From: Trichodesmium erythraeum IMS101
GTDB taxonomy: Bacteria; Cyanobacteriota; Cyanobacteriia; Cyanobacteriales; Microcoleaceae
Length of the DNA: 32,000 bases
Assembly (NCBI RefSeq): GCF_000014265.1
Contig: NC_008312.1
Location: 5,160,001 to 5,192,000 of the forward strand
Reading direction: 5' to 3'
The notes beneath the pieces were generated by a model, which had not been told where the DNA came from, ran no database searches, and saw nothing but the letters and a program-made list of their open reading frames with translations. The translations under genes and the position numbers were made by a program. How positions within the stretch are numbered: position 1 is the stretch's first letter; each line of letters begins with the position of its first letter. Shown piece by piece: positions 27,567 through 32,000 of the stretch.

Positions 27567-28373
27567 ATGAGCAGAATTATTGTGATTACTTCTGGTAAAG
27601 GTGGAGTAGGAAAAACTACTTGCACAGCAAACTTGGGGATGGCTTTAGCTCAACAAGGTCACCAAGTCGCAGTAATTGATGCAGATTTTGGCTTGAGAAA
27701 CTTGGACTTACTTCTGGGTTTAGAAAATAGAATTGTCTACACAGCAGTGGAAGTATTAGCAGGAGAATGTCGCTTGGAACAAGCAATAGTTAGAGATAAG
27801 CGACAACCTCGTTTATCTCTTCTACCCGCTGCCCAAAATCGTTTGAAAGAAGCAGTGACTCCTCAACAAATGCAAGAATTAGTAGATATGTTGAGCCCAA
27901 AATATGAATATATTTTGATTGACTCTCCTGCTGGAATTGAACAGGGTTTTCAGAACGCGATCGCCCCAGCCCAAGAAGCCTTAATTCTTACAACTCCAGA
28001 AATATCTGCAGTCCGTGATGCAGACAGAGTAATTGGACTGCTAGAAGCACATAACGTGAAAAATATCCATCTAATAGTAAATAGGATTAAACCCCAGATG
28101 GTGCAAGCTGATGAAATGATGTCTGTACAAGATGTAGAGGAAATACTCGCTATCCCACTCATGGGAATTATTCCAGATGACGAAAGAGTAATTGTATCTA
28201 CTAACCGAGGAGAACCTTTAGTATTAACAGAAAATCTTTCTCAGGCAGGCTTAGAATTTAATAACATTGCTCGTCGTTTAGATGGAGAAAAAGTAGAATT
28301 TATAGACCTGAACCCTCCACCAGAAAACTTTTTTACTTGGTTGCGCAAAATATTGTCATCTAAAGTTATTTGA
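27567..28373 (+). CDS. minD: septum site-determining ATPase MinD
   Basis: 268 aa with the deviant Walker A SGKGGVGKTT, plus DADFGLRNLDL and IVNRI motifs. The C-terminus looks amphipathic (FFTWLRKILSSKVI). Confidence 0.97.
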   Translation: MSRIIVITSGKGGVGKTTCTANLGMALAQQGHQVAVIDADFGLRNLDLLLGLENRIVYTAVEVLAGECRLEQAIVRDKRQPRLSLLPAAQNRLKEAVTPQQMQELVDMLSPKYEYILIDSPAGIEQGFQNAIAPAQEALILTTPEISAVRDADRVIGLLEAHNVKNIHLIVNRIKPQMVQADEMMSVQDVEEILAIPLMGIIPDDERVIVSTNRGEPLVLTENLSQAGLEFNNIARRLDGEKVEFIDLNPPPENFFTWLRKILSSKVI

Positions 28374-28429
28374 CCCTGAAAAATCCTACCTCAACTTACC
28401 TCATATATTAACTATCTTAGTTTAAGCTA

Positions 28430-28717
28430 ATGCTAAACGAAATTATAGAAAAACTTTTTTATAGAAATAATCCGAAGAGTCGTGAAGAAGTTAAGCGTCG
28501 TCTGAAATTGGTTATTGCACATGACCGCGCCGATCTTAATCCAGAAATTATTCAAGCAATGAGAAAAGATATTATAGATGTAGTATCTCGCTATGTTGAA
28601 ATAGATGATACTGATTCAGAATTTTTGTTAGAAAATAATCAAAGAGCCACAAGTTTAGTGGCCAATTTACCCATTAGACGTATTAAGGCCAAACCAACCC
28701 AAGATCAGGAAGATTGA
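28430..28717 (+). CDS. minE: cell division topological specificity factor MinE
   Basis: 95 aa starting MLNEIIEKLFYRN...SREEVKRRLKLVIAHDRADLNPEIIQAMRKDIIDVVSRYVEID. It starts 57 nt after minD. Confidence 0.93.
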   Translation: MLNEIIEKLFYRNNPKSREEVKRRLKLVIAHDRADLNPEIIQAMRKDIIDVVSRYVEIDDTDSEFLLENNQRATSLVANLPIRRIKAKPTQDQED

Positions 28718-28720
28718 ATT

Positions 28721-28743
28721 CAGGAAGTCTAGGGAGACTCCTG
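28721..28743 (+). terminator. hairpin immediately after minE
   Basis: caggaagtct / agactcctg gives a 9 bp stem with one bulge and a 4-nt loop, starting 4 nt after the stop codon. There is no clear U-tract. Confidence 0.35.
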
Positions 28744-28843
28744 ACAGCTTTGTCCCCCTTGTCCCCAACGAAATGCGAGTAATCAAAAAGGCAAGTAGCT
28801 ACTACATCATTATTTCTATTGAGTCTAATTTAGATCTCCTTGA

Positions 28844-29113
28844 CCCGATGTAATACCTCATGTCTCTGGTATTGGTATAGACTTGGGACTCTCCAAATTT
28901 TTAGTAACCAGGGAAAGTAAATTGGAATTGATAGAGATAAACAAATTATACCAAAAGTTATAAGGCCAACTCAAATTGCTACAAGGAAAACTGAAGAATA
29001 AGAAGAAAAATTCCCGACCCTGTCTGAAAATCAAAAAAACTAATTTGGTGGCCACATAAAAAAAATTGCAACTGTTTATAAAGGACTTTTTATTAAAGAC
29101 AGCACATTATTAT
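28844..29113 (+). pseudogene. TnpB (IS200/IS605-family OrfB) internal fragment
   Basis: Translation is PDVIPHVSGIGIDLGLSKFLVTRESKLELIEINKLYQKL*GQLKLLQGKLKNKKKNSRPCLKIKKTNLVAT*KKLQLFIKDFLLKTAHYY. It matches the TnpB RuvC-I region pattern GIDLG......G.......KL..LQR.LSRK.KGS.N..K...K.A.LH.KI.N.R.DFLHK. It has two in-frame stops and is truncated at both ends. Confidence 0.55.
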
Positions 29114-29449
29114 TTATGTATGAACAAAAAAAATAAATTCAATAGCCCCTCTGGGATAGGGGATAAAAAAATCACCTTATGTTTTTCCAGCTTATGATTT
29201 AATAATAATTCCCGTGCATTAATGCTATGCTCAGGAAAAACTTCAGCTATTAAGTAATTGACACAAAGAGAATAATCTTTTTGCTCCATTAATACTAAGT
29301 TAATGAATGTTAATTTTAAACTTTGTTGTAGGAAGCCTACCTACTATACCCATCCCCCTCTCCCCCGATCGGTTTAGGTTTAGGGGTAAACCTCCTGCTC
29401 AAAGTGCCAAGTTGAAAAGTTTTTGAGAAATAATATTAGAAGTAGTTAC

Positions 29450-29482
29450 TGATAACTAATAACTGATAACTCAAATGACCAA
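29450..29482 (+). repeat. TGATAAC-type heptamer tract plus AAATGACC box (copy 2)
   Basis: See 26126-26158. It lies 329 nt upstream of the ATP synthase beta gene. Confidence 0.7.
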
Positions 29483-29795
29483 CCAGGAATAATATTTGCA
29501 CAGGATAGGTTTCTGAAAATATTAGGGAGGTCTTCATTTTGTGAGAATCCCTGACCCATTAATAGTCGCGAGTATGTCAATCTAATATTAGACTAAAAAT
29601 TCCTGAGTAAAATAATTAATATCATCCTGGATGAACGCTTCAGTGATACTCTAAAAAATAACCGGAAAATTTGGTTTCAACCCTAACCCATAAGCGGACA
29701 ACTAAGGTTTTTCGTAAATTTTTTGAATGTCCCGTATTGATCCGAGAAAAGTGAAAAGTCAATGGGAAACTCACCAATTTCGGATCAGTCAATAA

Positions 29796-31265
<1,470 letters not shown>

Positions 31266-31386
31266 TTATATTTGCTTTGTTAGTAGTCAGCTAGTAAATA
31301 AATGTTGACAGTTGACTGGTTGATGCTCAACCTTGAGAGCGACAGTCAACTGACAAATAAAAAAAATAATAACAAATAATTGACAA

Positions 31387-31800
31387 ATGACGTTAACTGT
31401 GCGTGTAATAGCTCCCGACAAAACAATTTGGGACAAAGAAGCTCAAGAAGTAATTCTACCTAGTACAACAGGTCAATTAGGAATTTTAGGTGGGCACGCT
31501 CCACTTTTAACTGCTTTAGATACAGGTGTAATGCGAGTTCGTGCTGAAAATGACTGGATAGCGATCGCTCTGATGGGTGGTTTTGCTGAAATAGAAGCAG
31601 ATGAAGTAAGTATACTTGTTAATGGCGCTGAAAGAGGAGATAATATTGACACTGAAAAAGCCCGTTTAGCTTATGAGGAAGCAGAAAAACGGCTGCAAAC
31701 TTCTGAAAGTAGTGATAATCTTCAAGAAAAGATTAAGGCTAAACAAACCTTAAAGCGAGCCAGAGCACGCCTGCAGGCGGCTGGTGGAATGGTTAACTAA
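31387..31800 (+). CDS. atpC: F0F1 ATP synthase subunit epsilon
   Basis: 137 aa starting [44 protein letters not shown], with a C-terminal helical hairpin. It follows the beta subunit gene. Called atpE in cyanobacterial nomenclature. Confidence 0.95.
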   Translation: MTLTVRVIAPDKTIWDKEAQEVILPSTTGQLGILGGHAPLLTALDTGVMRVRAENDWIAIALMGGFAEIEADEVSILVNGAERGDNIDTEKARLAYEEAEKRLQTSESSDNLQEKIKAKQTLKRARARLQAAGGMVN

Positions 31801-32000
31801 AGTCCTACTTCTATTAACAGGGACTGCATTTGCTCCCAGGTCAGTCCCTGTTTAATATAAACAGGTGCTTCTGGGTTGTAGGGAGATTCAAGTATATCAA
31901 GACTGATTATCTTAGCTGTTTCTGGCAAAACAGGTACATCTGGATTAAAAGCAGTAGGCTGCATCAAAGAACTAGAAAAACCTTTAAATATAGCTATTTC
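31797..32000 (-). CDS. possible 3' end of a convergent gene running off the window (68 open codons)
   Basis: The minus-strand frame is open from 32000 to a TAG at 31797-31799: [67 protein letters not shown]. It overlaps the atpC stop codon and the hairpin. I recognise no family, and it may be non-coding. Confidence 0.25.
   Translation of the reverse strand, partial: EIAIFKGFSSSLMQPTAFNPDVPVLPETAKIISLDILESPYNPEAPVYIKQGLTWEQMQSLLIEVGL
31816..31852 (+). terminator. hairpin downstream of atpC
   Basis: Perfect 11-bp stem aacagggactg (31816-31826) / cagtccctgtt (31842-31852) with a 15-nt loop, followed by a short T-containing stretch. Confidence 0.55.

Noticed and set aside
27950-28162. Minus-strand ORF inside minD
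   Set aside because: A shadow ORF within a well-supported gene.
28858-29055. 65-aa minus-strand ORF
   Set aside because: It lies antisense to the TnpB fragment, which carries the GIDLG motif on the plus strand.
29110-29289. 59-codon minus-strand ORF (MEQKDYSLCVNYLIAEVFPEHSINARELLLNHKLEKHKVIFLSPIPEGLL...)
   Set aside because: It has an ATG start but no RBS, no recognisable family and a hydrophobic junk-like tail. The evidence is too weak to call a gene, so it is mentioned only as context for the TnpB relic.

Overview
This is an AT-rich cyanobacterial chromosome segment. I count 12 exact copies of the HIP1 octamer GCGATCGC. Gene content, low coding density and the load of decayed IS elements point to a Trichodesmium-like filamentous diazotroph, but that assignment is inference only.

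Intact genes, in order:
- Minus strand: a TPR protein, two small ORFs, and the uptake [NiFe]-hydrogenase genes hupW, hupL and hupS.
- Plus strand, divergent from hupS: a Tat-signal MBL-fold protein whose metal-binding motif is degenerate.
- Minus strand: a GT2-TPR glycosyltransferase, two tandem fasciclin-domain paralogs, rbgA/ylqF and a universal stress protein.
- Plus strand: pgk, the Fe(III)-binding protein futA/idiA, clpC, minC-minD-minE, and the ATP synthase beta and epsilon subunits.

Only about 17.5 kb of the 32 kb (about 55%) lies in intact genes. The remaining sequence holds:
- remnants of at least four IS families (IS1-like, IS5-like, two IS630-like, and an IS605-type TnpB), none with an intact reading frame;
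- fragments of RTX, cadherin-like and adhesin-type exoprotein genes;
- a scrambled degenerate copy of the TPR-coding end of the glycosyltransferase gene;
- heptanucleotide STRR-like tandem tracts;
- a small dispersed hairpin repeat family with GGACTTAC...GTAAGTCC termini.

I found no CRISPR array, tRNA, rRNA, reverse transcriptase or convincing multi-gene defence system. The leads most worth following are the hairpin-repeat family, the 689-bp hupS-hupL spacer, the two small ORFs coupled to hupW, and the MBL-fold pseudo-enzyme candidate next to hupS.
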